This document shows positions 36,921 through 51,165 of a stretch of 64,000 nucleotides of DNA, one piece after another; the stretch's first letter is position 1, and every line of letters starts with the position of its first letter. Source of the stretch: Lama guanicoe. Taxonomy: Eukaryota. The notes beneath the pieces were generated by a model that worked only from the letters and a program-made list of their open reading frames with translations, had not been told where the DNA came from and did no database searches. The stretch lies in assembly GCA_013239625.1 (NCBI GenBank), contig MU057352.1, positions 32,247,277 through 32,311,276 on the forward strand. The letters run 5' to 3'. Made by a program: the position numbers and the translations under genes.

Positions 36921-39900
36921 CTGTGGAAACAAGATAGCAGACATTAGACACCTGGGGTCGGCAGGTACAGAGGTCAAGGGCACGGCCAGCAAGAGTGCTG
37001 AGAACCAAGGACCAGAAACGAGCCAGGGTCACCCCACAAGTCAGAGGTAAGGCTAGGGTCTGAAATACTGTCTTCTGACTCCAAGACCAAACCCCACGCT
37101 GAGCATCCTGGGGTCATGAGCTCCCTCCCTGGCTACAGAGGACCCAGAGCCGGCCCCCAAGAAGGCTGCAGACCAGTGCAGCGCTGTGTCCCCAACACTG
37201 TCCTGCAGGCCTGACTGGAGGAGGGGAGAGGCTGTCCGGAGCAGAGCCCTCAGTCTGCACCCCTACAGGCCCATCGGGCCTGGAGATACCTCACTCCCCT
37301 TCCCTCCTGGGACTCCTTGACCTTTTCCTCTCTGAACACCGAGCACTGAGCAGGGGCCAGCACACTGGGGTGGGTGACTGGTGAGGGGTGGATGGATGGC
37401 AGCCCCACTGCTGTCTGAACACTGAGTAACTGTGAAGCTAGTGAACGTGCTAAGGAGCAGAAGCTGGATCCAGAGGCCCTGGGGACCCCCCACTCGCACA
37501 CCACACTGGCGTCTTGCCTCCTCCAAACTGCCCACCCCCATCTTCACTCCACTTGCCCAGCAAAATAGCAGTGATGCTCATGAGGGACATGGCCACCCCA
37601 CTCACAGATCACACGCCTGGGTCTGGGCTGTGGGCACATCACACGTGGCTGCCTTCACACCTGGTAGCACCCGAGGGGCAGCCAGAGCACCCACCTGGCA
37701 GTGGGGGCTGTGGGGCTCCAGAAGATGTGTTACCTCTGCGACCTCTCAGAGAGGCAGGGCTGGGGCTGGCACCAGGGCCCACTGCCTAAAGCCCCCTCCC
37801 TTCCTGACTGCCACCCTGCGGGGACGGCTCCGACAGCCAGCCAGGTGGCCCTGGGCAAAGAACCTTGGAGCAGGTTCCCCCACCCACCACTGAGCAGATC
37901 CACACCGCCTCCCTCAGCGCCCTGCACGTGGCCTGGGTCGAGCCAGGTGGGAGGCTCCCTCACGCCTGTGAGACGGTGGGTGGGGTGCACCCTGCCCCAG
38001 CGCCCTCCACCCTGCAGCCCATCGGGAGCCTGGACTGATTTCCACAAGGGTCACTTCACCCCACTGCAAAATGTTACAGGGAGATTCATTTTCTTTTTAG
38101 GAGTGTTCTGGGAAATGAAGCAATTAGCGTGATCTTAAACCGACATGTACTATCAATTTCAATTCAATTACTGGGCTCACTCACGGCCCAGGCAGGCGGC
38201 TTCCTGCGGGAACAGGGCCCACGGCCGGGAAGGTGGTGATGGGGGTGGGGCCTTGAGTGGGTGCTGGGTGGCCTCAGCCTGAGGCCCATTTCTGGGATTC
38301 CTGTCCCCACAAGCCTTCCCTGGGTGAGGCCACTGGTAGGGAGGCCAAGCTGAGGCTCCACCCGAAGGGCGAGACATCAAGGTCACAGAAGCCAGGCTTT
38401 GGGCAGACAGGCCCCACCTCCTCCAACTTCCAGATTGAGGCCGGTCAAGCTGAGCACTGGCCAGCCACACACCCACCCTGACTCCGGCCACCGCGCAGGT
38501 CCGGGCCTACCGTGGGCAGAAGCCTCTCACACGGGGCTTGCCGAGAGTGGGCGCACTGCTGGTGCCCCTTCCCACACAGGGCAGGCAGGGAATTCGAGTC
38601 ACCAGAGGTTAAGACTGGTCAGTGCTGGCACCAACATCCACGCTGCCTGGCCCCCCGACCCTGGGCACCCCCTGACCCTGGGCTCCCCCGGGAGCCACAA
38701 TGCCGTGCACCCCAGGGAGGTCATGTCTGCAGCCGGCGCTGACACTGACGGGCTTAACACATGCGCGCTGTTCCCCTTCCCGCGGGCACACAGACATAGC
38801 CTCGGCGAAGGGGGGAGGGAGGGAGTTGCTGAGCAGGGGCCATGAGCCCAGTGCCCCTGGGGGCCCGAGACCCCCGGCTGCCTGCTGGGGTAGGGTGGGT
38901 GCAGGAGCCGCTGGACGTCACTGTGGCCTGGCCTTGGTGGGGACACATGGCTACTGCAGTAGGTGTTCCTGGTCTGGAGCAGCACTGACCCCAATAACCC
39001 AGGACAGCTTGGGATGGAACAACGAGGCCCCCAGTCCAGCTCACACTCCGGGCTTTCAGGGGAGGCCCCCGGGGAGACGCAGCGGCCAAGGCAATTCTCC
39101 AACTGCTGCAAACACACTGGTGTGTGGCTGCCGACCAGCTTTACAAACTGCTTCCCCCGCCAGCGCCTGGCTCCTCCCCAGTGATGCTTCTGTAGGAAGC
39201 AGCCCTCCGAACACAGTCAGGGCTGTGGCAGAGGACGGCCGCCAGGAGCCATCGCTGGCCTGACATCTCGGGCTGGGGGTGTCCACCCAGGGCCTGGCTG
39301 CCCTCCCAGCACACAGCAGCGCCTGCCAGGATGAACAGAGAGTGTCGGGAGTGGGACAGACAGAGCCAGGTGGGCCGCAGCGGATGCGGTCCACTTCCGG
39401 CTGGCCCAGCAAAGCGGTGACCAGGACCGGCAACGACTCAGTCCAGCTGCCTGAGCTGAGAGACTCGGACGCCCCTCGTGCCCTGGCTCCCAGAGCACTG
39501 GGTACACAGTGAAGCAGCACAGAGGAGGCAGGCCCTTACGTGGGTGACCCACCCTGGACGGCGCTCCAAGGGCACCCCCGTCCTAGCTTCCGAAAGCTCC
39601 CCTCAGGGCTGCCCCCAGGTCTCCGCTCACTGACCTCTCGGGAGTTCACATAACCGTTGACACGGACCCCATTCTTCACTTCCAGCCTCCCCCTTTTTAA
39701 GATGCCTGAGACTCTGACCACTGACCTTCACCGACCTCTCTGCAGATGGTTCAGCTGACTTCCAGGAGCAAGGCCAGCCCCACGCCCCCAGCTGACCATC
39801 CTGAGGCCCTGCTTCGCCCGGGGACCCGTGACCACGAGTTGCTCAGTGGTGAACAGATCTCCCTGGTCTGGAACAGACACTCAGGCTGGGCGCCTGGAAC

Positions 39901-42900
39901 CCGGCCCCAACTCCACACACTGCGTTCCAGGAAACATTTTCTGCAGGGGCCCTTTCCCCGTGTGATGAAAGCAAGACTCACCAGGACCAGGCCAAACCCA
40001 GGGCCGAGCTCCCGTCCGGTGCCTCACACACGATGAGCCGAACCGCTCATCCCACTGACCAGACAGGACAAAAGGCGAGGTGACCAAATCTGAGCTCAGC
40101 CCCCACCCTCACCCTGGGCCCCCTGCAGACAGCCCAAGCCAGTGCCCTTTCGGCCCATTTCTTCCAGTTTTGTTTGCTCTGCAGAAGAGAACCCATGTCC
40201 CCGATTCTCAAGCTGCTAGGACAGCTTACGTCACAGTGGTCTCCTTACTCAAGAGCCCCCCACCTCCTGAAACAAGCCCTTGGAATAAAGACTCTCTCTG
40301 CCCCAAAAGCAAGGGAGCTGTGTTGGGAGAACAAGGGCCGTGAGGGTGTCCCAGGGCCCCACATGCTCCAGCTGGTCTCCGCCAGGTCTGGTGGCTGGCG
40401 GAGTGAGGGCTGGAGGAGGACGATGCTGCTGGGCGCCAGGCTGACACACGGACTTTTGTGGGGCCTAACCCTGACCTCTGGCCACCACGAGGGTGTCAGC
40501 AGGGGGCGCCCTCCACCCAGAGCAGACAAGAAGTAGGTGGCAAGCCTGGGGCGGCAAACCCCTCCTGGACCCTCAGACAGCAGCTGCCTGTGATCTCAGG
40601 GAACGGACCAGACTGGCTCGGAGGGGCTGCTCAGACCATGGGGACCCCAGGATTCCAGCTCCCAGCCAGATCATCAGCCTGTGGGCTCACAGCCTCTGGC
40701 CTGGGGCAGGGAGCCCCACCCAGACTTTCCTAGTAGAGAGAGCAGGCGTGGCCTTGGATGTGGGGTGGGGGAATGTGCGGTACCCACCCCCAGCCCCTGG
40801 CCACCTGCCCGTGAACAAGTTTCTGGGCTTGTGCCTCCTCCTCCAAGATCCCTCACGGATGCTGGGACTGGGCTGTGGGGAGACTTGATGGGCCGGGGGC
40901 GGGAGGGGCCGGGGGAGGGGGCGCAGAGGGCAGCCTCATTAGCAGGGACAGTGGGCAGAGGAGGAGTGTCTGGGTGCAGGCAACAGCGTGGCCAGGTGTC
41001 CTTCTGGTCACCACGCTGGGCATCGAGGCCGGCCTCGGCTCCTGATGGAGGATGCCAAGGGCAGGTGGGGCTTAGGTCCCAGCTCTTCTGGGGGGCTGCA
41101 CCAGAGACCTGGATCCCACCAGGAGCCAGGGTGGGGACCAAGCTCCGGGCAGAAGTCCAGGCCTTAGTCCCAGGGTGCAGGCTGCAGGCCAGGCTGGTCA
41201 CTGGGAGGGTGGAGGGGCTGAGAGCCCAGAAGCCCCCCAGAGCTGCCCTGGGATGGAGCTCCCAGGGGCGTCGAGCAGCCCCAGCTGTGGTGCATGAGGG
41301 CGGCAGGCATTGGGAGCCGTGTGCCCAGGCGTGGGCACCAGAGAGCGGAGAGACTATAAAAACACCTTCAGTTACTAAATGTTTAAATCATGCAATTATT
41401 TTCCTGATTGCTTCTAAAACTAGAACTCATTAAAAGCGCTCACGGAATCTTCTTTCTCTCCTCTACTGGCACTGCAGAATAGCAGCCCTGCGCAAGACAC
41501 CATAAGCCTCGGTGTGTGCGTGCGCGTGTGCGTCTGCGTTCCCCCCACTTCGAAGAACGAAGGGAAAGAAAGCACCACTGTGCTTTTCTCTATCGTGCAG
41601 TCTCTTCTCAAGCTCAGGACCTCGGCAGCCGTCCTCCCACAGAGATGACACCTCCAGTTCGCAGAACAGCCAAACTTCATCTACTGATGTGTTCACATAT
41701 TTAGAGCTAAGTATTAACCATAACCTCCTCCCCTCTGCATTCCAGCTGCAGGACGCCAGCTGCGGAGAGGGTGGCTGGGACCCGACAGGCTCTGCTCAGC
41801 CTGGAGGCCCTTCCTGGCCCCTCCTCACCCCAGCCTCTTCCTTCCCGACCTGCCAGGTAGCCATGGTAACAGGGCAGCTGAGCACGCACCTGGGTCAGGT
41901 GACACACCAGCTCAGGAAGGGAGCGGAGCGCCAGGCCTCACAGGTGAGATCAGGTGAGTCGGGCTGGCGCAGACACGGCCGCCCAGGCCGGTGGGCAGAT
42001 GCAGCTGGGCAGTGCCAGGCAAGCCCCCTACGTGCTGGCAGTGGCTGGGGGCACGTGCCCATCTCGTTCCACCTCCCCCCAAACCCCTGGGGTGGGCCCT
42101 GCCCTGCCCTGCCCTGCCCTGCCCTCCAGGAAGGAAGAGCCCACCTCACCCAGAGCTCAGTGGCTGCCCGTGGCTGAATGCAGCTGGGCCTCACGGGCTG
42201 GCTCCCGGGCTCCGCCACCGACAGCCTCGTGGGGCGACCTCAGTGACCTGCCATACCCTCACCTCAGGAAGGGGCAGGTGTCAGAGCACCGCCGTCAGAA
42301 CAGCCCTGCTCTCGAGTCAGGCAGCCTGGGCTCGAGGCCCAGCTCCGCCACAGCCAAGTGATGCGACTCCTCTGAGACGCCACTGCATCTCTGATGAAAC
42401 TGGAACATGGGGGCGCTCCCTCTCACAGGGCTGCTGTGGGGGCGGATGAGAAGACGCACACAAACAAAGGCGGCAGAGCCCCTTTCTCAACACGCAAGTC
42501 TGCGGAGTCCCAGCACGTGCCGCTTGTGGTCCATTCACCTGCCATCCCCCAGTGCCCCCCACCATCCCTCCATCCGTCCGTCCCCCCACCATCTGTTTGT
42601 CCTAGAGACAGCCACTGAGTGCCCTCCGGGGTGCTAGGAGCACTGCAGTGACTAAAACAAAACCCCTGCCTCCGGAGGGGTGACATTCTCCTGGAGGAAG
42701 AGAAGCAACAAGATAACTAATTAAACAGCATGCTAGACGGCACAGTGGGAAAACTGAAATTTTAGGCCGCAGAGGTCCCGGGGGGCCGTGGACCCAGAGC
42801 TGGCAGGAGGGAAAGCAGGGCAGCGGGAGCGCAGGGAGCACGGGGTGCCCGGCAGAGCTGAGGGGCAGCCTTGCAGCGACGAAAGAGGGGTCAGCTGTGA

Positions 42901-44859
42901 GCATCTGAAGCCAGACACAGCTGGGGGGACCCCGGGCAAGCCAGCGGCCAGGGGGAGAACATGGGCTCTGAGGGCGGCCTTGTCCCTGGGGAAGGAAGCA
43001 ACGGAGGCCTCGCCTCCCGCCCCTGGGGAGGACGGGTCTCCCAGGAAGGGGGCCTCGCTGGAGTGTCGTGTGGACCGGCAGGCACCCTTCCTGCCCCTCC
43101 AGAGAGGCCACCCCCTGTCACCCAGCCCAGGTCGGCCTGCAGCCCCAGGGGGTCGCCGCAGTGGCACCCAGGGGCGCTCCACTTTCCAGCCTGCCAGGCA
43201 CCCCGCCGCCCACTGGCTGAGGGCCCCGCCCTTTTGGCCACCCCATGGGGCCACGAGACAGACTCACAGAGGGGCCCTGAGACCATGAGGGGTGCGAGGG
43301 GGCGAAGCCAGGGGAGCTGGCTCTGCCCAGGCCGGCCACAGCCTTGCTGTGTGCCCGAAGGGACCCCAGCTTCTTCCTGGGGCCCCACGTGCTCAGCTGC
43401 AGAAGGAATAGGGTGGAGGGTACACGGCCAGTGGATGTGGGCAGTGGGCACCCTGCCCTGCGGGCCAGACTCTCAGGGGAGGGCCAAGGCCGAGGAGGAG
43501 GTGGGGCCGGTTGGCGGCACCTGAACCGGCCCTGGCACAGCTGGGATGGACGGAGAGACCGCCGAGGGCAGCAGACAGGCCTAGGGACAGAGCTGCCAGT
43601 GCCTGGTCACCCAGTGGTCCATGGTGGGGAGGGCAGCACCTCCTGGACACGACTTAACTGGGGGCGCGGACCACTCCTGATGCTGCATCCATGCTGCCCT
43701 TCCCACCCGCACCCAGCCTCACGCCGCTGCTCAAACCCGACTAAAGCTCCCGTTCTCGGCAGCGGGAAGGACATGGGCTTTCCCTCCTCTCTGCTCCAGA
43801 AGGGCTCCTAGGAGTGCGGGGGCCCTGTGGGCCTGGCCCACCTGGGACCTGTGTCAGGGAACTGCCCTCGGCTGGGAGGCCAGAGACCAGCCACCTCAAA
43901 TCGGGGAGAAGGAGCCCAGAAAGGAGCGCCAGGCTCGGCGGAGGGGGCCGGTGCCACGAGCACCCCGTCAGGGGGACCTGCCCACGGGCCCGGGTCCTGC
44001 ACGCGCGGAGCTGACCTCTGCCCGGCACAGTCCCCCTGACACGCTTCACCCGGTGGAGCCAGGGCTGCCTGCAGTGCTAGGATCAGGGTTCAGACCCCGC
44101 GAGGCCAGCCATGTGCCCTGCCCGGCGGGAAGTGGGTGCCATGCCGTGGCTCCACGTGAGTGCGTCCTGGGGCTGCGTGCTCCCCCTCATGACTGGCCAC
44201 TCTGCCCTCTGCAGTCTCCCTGCTCCTCCGGCTGGAGTGGGTGTCTAGAGGGGTCTCCTGCACCCTGGGAGCCTGCAGGCCAAGTACTGCCATCCTCGGG
44301 GCAGGGAGCCAGCTCCTGAAACACCAGGGACACAGCCCTCCGTCACCTGGGCCGCCTCTGCAGCTCCAGGCAGATAGCAGGGGAGGCCAGCAGCCAGCAA
44401 CATCCAGACCCGGGAGGGCTTCCAGGAGGCAGCAGCCATGGCAGCAGCAGGTGAGGCTCATTCTGGGCATCTCGAGAGCAAGGGGGTGGTGTCGTGGGGC
44501 AATGGGGATGGGGGCAGGGGCCATCTCAGGGGTCCAGGCCAGGGGAGGGACATGGGATGTCATGCCTACAAGTGGGAAGCCCCGCAAGGGTCTGAAAGGA
44601 CACTCTGTGCTCAGAGAGGACAGGCTGCCCAGGGAGGCTGGGTGGAGGTGTTCATACCTTCATCTGGAACCTAACTGGGCAGGTTAGGTGGGCCCACTGA
44701 GCCTGGGAAGCGCCCAGAATCACAGGCTGGGGCACCCCTCGGTCTCCTGCCCACTCACCGCCTGATCCCTTGCCAGCAAACCAAGTTGCCCGTTGGCCCC
44801 TGAGAGCACCTCATGGGCCATCTGAAATGTCAGGGCCTCGAGAGGATGGCCACCCCTCA

Positions 44860-44950
44860 TCCAGCCCATTTCCCAGATGAAACAACTGAGGTGGGTGGTG
44901 GGTTCAAGGTCACCCAGCCAGTTAGGAGAGAGCTGGGCCTGAAGCCAGAA
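44860..44950 (-). mobile_element. MIR SINE fragment
   Basis: 'cccatttcccagatgaaacaactgagg...caaggtcacccagccagt'. Confidence 0.6.
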
Positions 44951-47761
44951 CAAGGCACCCTAGTCTGGTACTTTGTTTTGTCCAGTAAGATGAGTCAGGA
45001 GGGGGCAGGGGGAAGGGACGGGGACACCGAGTGGACCCATCAGCCCTGCACCCTCAGCACGGGGCCGTGCGGGGCCCAGCACGCACCCCACAAACGCCCA
45101 TCACCGGCCAGGAAGCAGGAAGGAGAGAGAAGTACGAGGGAATCAGACACGACTCACCTGTCGCTGTGACTTTAATGCCACTTTTGGGGCCTCGGTCTCC
45201 CCCTCTGTCCACTCCCCCCACCCCACAGTAGGCAAGTCCTTGAGGGCAGACCAGGGCCTCAAAGGGGCTCCCCGGGACCCCATGTCTCACCCGGTGACAC
45301 TCTGAATGCATATATCCACACAAGTCCAAAAGGCCTCTGGGCATGTGGGGGACAGTGGGGAGAATGAGACGGGGGGTGCGGTGGGGAACAGTGACGTGTT
45401 TCCACATGGAAACACTGCCACTGGCCCAGGTGAGAAACATGTGTCTCCCTGGGGCTGTTCCCAGCCCCCTCCCCAGAACACCTGCCCACTCACCGCAGCC
45501 CGGCCCCCGCAGGCCCTGCAGCTCTGCACCCACAACCCCCGAAACCTGAGCAGCCAGGCTCAGGCTGTCCCCGGAGGAACCTAGGGATGCCCACCAGCCC
45601 TCGGACTGGGTTTCTGCTGCTGTCACTTGCACGAGCTCCTGGCTGGGCGCCGGGGCCCCTCCCACACCAGTCCTGTTTGAGATGCCTGGTTACCAGGACA
45701 GCTGCAAACCTGGGGGAGGGCTTTTTAAAGGCTAATGACAGTTTGCATTTGTTTTTCCCATTTCCAAAGATTGTAAGAGGGAGGGAGGGAGGCGCAGTGC
45801 TCACCGCAGGCTGCCTCCCAAGACCATGATGCTGACTCCGGCTCCCACGCCACCGCCCTCTGGCCGGCACCTGCCCGCCCACATCACCCCACACTGCAGA
45901 TGAAACAGGTGAACAGTGAGGCTGGCCTCGGGTCCTGCCCACGGCCCCCCACAAACCCCCAGCCCGCTGAGGGCCACAGACAAGACTGAATTCAGGCTGG
46001 CCCCGTGTTAACCGAGGTCCTAGGTCGGCGCAGAGCCCTGCCCCTCTCTTGCCAGCCCAGGCCCCTCCACCTCAGCTGAGCTAACCCCGGCAGAGCCGCC
46101 CTCCCCCGTCGCCCCACCTGCATTCACCGCTCACACGAGGACCAGGACGAGCTGGCAGTGCCTGGGTCTCAGTTCCTCCGAACCCCATCCTGAAGGCCTC
46201 TGTACCCGCAGAGCTGTGCGTCTGGCACCTCCCTCAGCCTGTCAGCTGCAGCAGGCCGTCCCAGGCCCCCGCCAGACCCCCAGCACACCCTCAGAGCTGA
46301 GCCCCCGGCCTCTCCTGGGGGCTCCCCTGGCCCCCCGCGCCTCGCACCCAGGCAGTCACGAGCAGCCGCTCACCCACCACGCACTCGGCCAGGCCCGGGC
46401 GAGCCCGCGCGGTTCTCGGGGGCCCTTCCTGAGAGGGTTTCGGTTCTCGAGCTGAAGGCAGATGCGGGTCCCTCTGCCTCCAGGGCCTCCCAGCCCCTGG
46501 GTCGCTGGGGCAACATCTCCTGATCTGTTCTCGACTTTCCAGGGAAAGCAGGTCTCCCGTGCCCTCTCTGTGTGTCTGGTCCTGCTCTGGACCATCTCAG
46601 CAACAGGAGGGGCCTCCTGCCAGGGCCGGCCAGACGGCCGCCTTCCTCTCTGGGGAGCGAGGTTGGGTGTGAGGAGAGCGGGGGCTCTGCTGAGGCACAG
46701 TCCTCTGACAGGGGCTGGGGAAACAAGCCCTCCCCACCCCCAGGCCCCAGGGGTAAAGCGGTGGGATGCCACCTCCTCACAGGGCTTCAAGAGTCCAGGA
46801 CCTGCTGGTCAGAGCCACGGCGAGAGGTCCTGAGCCAGGGACTCGGTTCACCATCTCGCCAGTTCCCTGATCCTCTAAGAGCAGCTGCTTTTAGGGGACT
46901 TTGTTCCAGAAACCCAGCCCCTGGGAGCTTCGGGCAATGAGACAGAGGCACAGAGAGAGGAGGGACACCTGCCTCCCCGGAGGCTCAGGCCCACCGCCCA
47001 CAGCCACACCCGGGGGCGGGACCCCAACACCCACAGAGCTAGCACGTCTCCACCGGGCGGCCCACCTGCTACAACCTGCGGGCACTTCCAGCGTCAGGAG
47101 CGAGAGGCCACTCGCACACTCACTCACCGGCTCGCACACTCACCCGCACCCCTGCTCCCACACCTACACGGCCACCCACGTGCTCACACACACATTCATG
47201 CACCCAGCTCAAGGGACTGCAGGCCGCTGGCCGGAGTCACAGACTGTCCGCGGCCAGAGGAGCATTTGGCGGGACGTGTTGCACACGCGCAAGCTTGAGA
47301 AGAACAAAGAGCAAGCAGCCCTCACCCAGGCCCCCTCCCCACCCCCGCGCCTCCAACAACATCGCCACCTGCTGGCAGACCGCTTAATTACAGGTTCAGT
47401 CTCCTGGCAGTTCATTCCACCACTCAAAACACATCTAATGGGAACTGCCCAAGGTGCTGAACGGCCTCATCAGCGAAACAGCCTCCCGGAAATCCAGGTG
47501 TGCAGAGAAGGAAGTGGCCGGGGGATTCCAGGCCAGAGGGCTGAGCCCTGTTAGGAAAATGCCAGGTGGTGGGCATGAGACACAGAGTGCGACCGTCGGG
47601 GTCCCTGGACTCTGCTCTCCCCCCCTGGTGGCCAGATGGCCAAGGGGAGGCCGACAGCTCAGGCAAGGCCCTAGGAGCCCAGCTCCAGCCCCCCCAGCCT
47701 CAGACGGGGGACGGGTCACGGCCTACTGGTCAGCCTGCAGGGCTGACCGAGCCACCACTCA

Positions 47762-48103
<342 letters not shown>

Positions 48104-50804
48104 TCAGCCGTGGCTCAGGCACCCAGGAGCCCCATCCCGGCCCGGACTCTACAGCCCTGAAAGGGTGGGGGCCTGGGACCTCCACCCTGTCACTGGGGGA
48201 CATCCCCACGGGGCCATGGGGAGCTGGGGCTGCTATGAATGGTGCACAGGGACCAGGGATGGGCAGATGCCAGGCCCCTGCCCTTCAGCTCACGTGCCCA
48301 CCTCTAGCCATCCCAGGCCTGGCTGCGGGGACCCCACATCCACTTCCCAAGCTAGGGCCACATGGAAGGCCCTGCAGAGCACAGCTGCCATGTTCCCAGC
48401 TCTTGGGGGTCACCAGCCTCTTTGAGAACCCCCAGAAAATGCCCCTACATGCACAAACACAAACCCCAGCTTCTCATCTGGGGGCTGTGAACTCCCCAAA
48501 AGCCCATCCTAGAGCGGGTTACAGACTGGGGAGCAGCTGCCAGGCAAGGGCTGTGGAAACCGAGGCATGGATGTCACAAGGCAGGACACAATCCTCCACC
48601 ACCACCCCGCCCCCAGCTGGGGCGGGACCACGGGGAAGGGAAGCCTGAGGGGGGTTTTCAAGTTGTTTCATTCTTTACTCATTTTTTCAACTTACCAAAA
48701 TTTAAAGTTCAGTAGTGGCCTCTCCCCTGAATAAGCCCTATTCGCTCCCTCATGGGACAGTCTGGGTACAAGCGAGCTGACACCCTTCTGAGGGGCCAGG
48801 TCCGAGTTGGGTGCCGGGTGCCTGTGGGGGGCTGCATTGACCCCGGCCCCCTCCAGAGGTGAGCAGGACATGGGGACAGGCCCCCCCAGAGCCGTGACTT
48901 CACACGCACAACACATTCAAGTTAACCGCAAACGTGCAACAACAAAGCCACTGATCTGCACGCCCTCCCCCTCCTCCCGCCAGGCAGCAGGTGACGGCCC
49001 CCACACTGCCCCCTCCCAGTCGGGGCGTTTCCTCATGCTGAGTCTGTGTGCACGATCACAGGTGCGTGACCGTGTGTGTTACCACGTGTACATGCATGAG
49101 ATGACAGGGGCAACGGGAGGGCAGCCCGGCAGCTAGTGCTTCCCACCTCCTGCGTGTCCCTGACGCTCCCGAAAGCCTCGTAGGGAGCAGCCAGGAGCCC
49201 ATATCACAGACGTGAAGCCGGGACTCCGGGCTCCCACGCAGCCCAGAGGAGCTCCAGGGCGGGAGCCCCAAGCCAGGAGAGAGGACAGTGCCTGGGCAGC
49301 GCTGACCATAGTGCCCCCTCCCAGCCCAGGGGCAGTGCTGTCCTAGAGGCAGAGGTCAGTGCTGGGCACACAGCTGGCGGGCACCCGCAAGTCTAGAACT
49401 CCCTTCAGCCCCTCCTACAGTGTCGGGCAACGGGACGGGGCTGAACACAGGGCTGGCATCATCCACAGGACCACCCTCTGCTGGCTCCACATCCCGGGAC
49501 TCGGCATCAGTCCCCCTGGAGGCGGCTGCAGAGGCCATGACCTGCCTCTCTTCTGCTTTCCTCTTTGTCCCCGGCCCCTGATGTTTGCCTGCGAGGAAGA
49601 CTAGCTTCCAACCTTCCTGTGCAGCTCAGGCCACAGGGCCACACTGATGCCAGCAGAAGTGACACGTGGGACTCGGGGTGGAAGGGGGGCCTCCAGGTCC
49701 CCCCGGCTGGGGCTGTCTCATGGGTGGCAGCTCCAGGACCACGCTTGTTCTTCCAGCAGACCCTGCCTCCTGTGGGCCCGCCACAACCCAGCTCTGGCCC
49801 CGCCGTGCCCCCAGGAGGTGCCCCTTGGGTCAGCAGGAGGAGGGCACACATCCACGTTCTGTCCTGCATGTCAGGCCCACAACGGCCCTCCCGGGCCAGG
49901 TCTGGGGATGGAGCAGACAGAGCGGGAGAGCCCCGGGCACAGACACACTCACCTGCGCGTCGAAAGCAACGAACAGCACCAGCTTGACAGACGCCAGCAC
50001 AGGACGGCACGTGACACCGTGAAAGCATGTGCTGACTGCATCCAGGGTGGGGGACAGCGGGCACCCTGAGTGGCCCTGCCCATGGGAGGCCCTGGTGGTT
50101 AACAGGACCACCACCACCACTGGGGCTGCAGAGGGACACAGTGGGATGCCTGGTGCCTCCTTTTCCTCCAGCTCCGCTCACAGCCCCACAGGATGGGCAC
50201 GCTGCCCCGTCACAGGGTGACACATCCGCACTCACCCCATCCTCCTCCCAAAGCCACATCCTCCCCACAGACCTCTTCCCCGGGAGTCAGCAGAGGCCTT
50301 TAAATAAGTAAATATGTGGATAGATGAATATAAAATAAAAGATCTGAAAAACCTGTTGACAAGCGCTGCTCGTCCAAGGCGGCAATTACCACCTCCCCTT
50401 TCCGTGTGGGCGGGAGGAAGTGAGCAGTGCCAGGCGGGCAGGAGCGGGTGGGGGCTGGCCCCACGCCAGGCCCCGCACCCCCCGCCTCCCCTTCTGCGGC
50501 TCTCAGCTCCCCCGCCCCACGCTGCAGCCGGAGCTGAATCAGCCTCTGGCCCAGCACTGGCACCACTGGGAGGCCCGGGCCAGCAGACACCCGCTCAGGG
50601 CTCAGTGCTCCCCAGGGAACGGGAACAGTGACCCCCCACCCAAGGCCCCTGCTCAGCACACACCAGCTGCGCTGCCTGCCCCATCCCGACCCATCTCCTG
50701 TCCACGCGGTGCCGGGCACAACCCTCACTCCCAGCAGCAGTGACGGCGTCTGGTCCCCCTCACTGACCGCACACCCTCGGCAAGGGCAGCGAGCAAACAG
50801 GAAA

Positions 50805-50960
50805 AGCTTGGCTCCATGGCTTCCTAGCTGTGTGGTCCTGGCAAGTCTCTTAACTGCTCCAAGCCTCCACCTTCACCTCCATAAGGCGGGGCTGACACCA
50901 CCATGTCCCAGAGTCACGGAAAGGGGTGAATGAGACGAAGGTAAAGTCCCAACCAGGAAG
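50805..50960 (+). mobile_element. MIR SINE fragment
   Basis: 'cttcctagctgtgtggtcctggcaagtctcttaac...agcctc...cacctccataa'. Confidence 0.6.
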
Positions 50961-51008
50961 CACACGTGAGAACCAGACGCGGCCCGAAAGCCCAGGTGTG
51001 ACGCTGGG

Positions 51009-51165
51009 TGCCCCAGCCGCCCATGCAGGCGGAGTCACGGGGCGCCAGGTGCGCACGCCTGCATGGTCGCCAGTGGCACACCCCTCCCAGCAGGTGCAAC
51101 CCCGGATGCCCCAGCCGCCCGTGCAGGCGGAGTCACGGGGTGCCAGCGGCGCACCCCTCCCAGCA
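51009..51165. repeat. Imperfect two-copy tandem duplication (copy starts 98 nt apart)
   Basis: tgccccagccgccc[a/g]tgcaggcggagtcacgggg[c/t]gccag occurs at 51009 and 51107, each followed by g[c/t]ggc[a/g]cacccctcccagcag. The first copy has a ~25-nt extra segment. Confidence 0.85.

Noticed and set aside
45550-45600. Minus-strand 'SLGSSGDSL' resembling syntaxin 'SLGTPSDT...DSL'
   Set aside because: It is out of exon order, the similarity is weak and there are no fitting splice sites.
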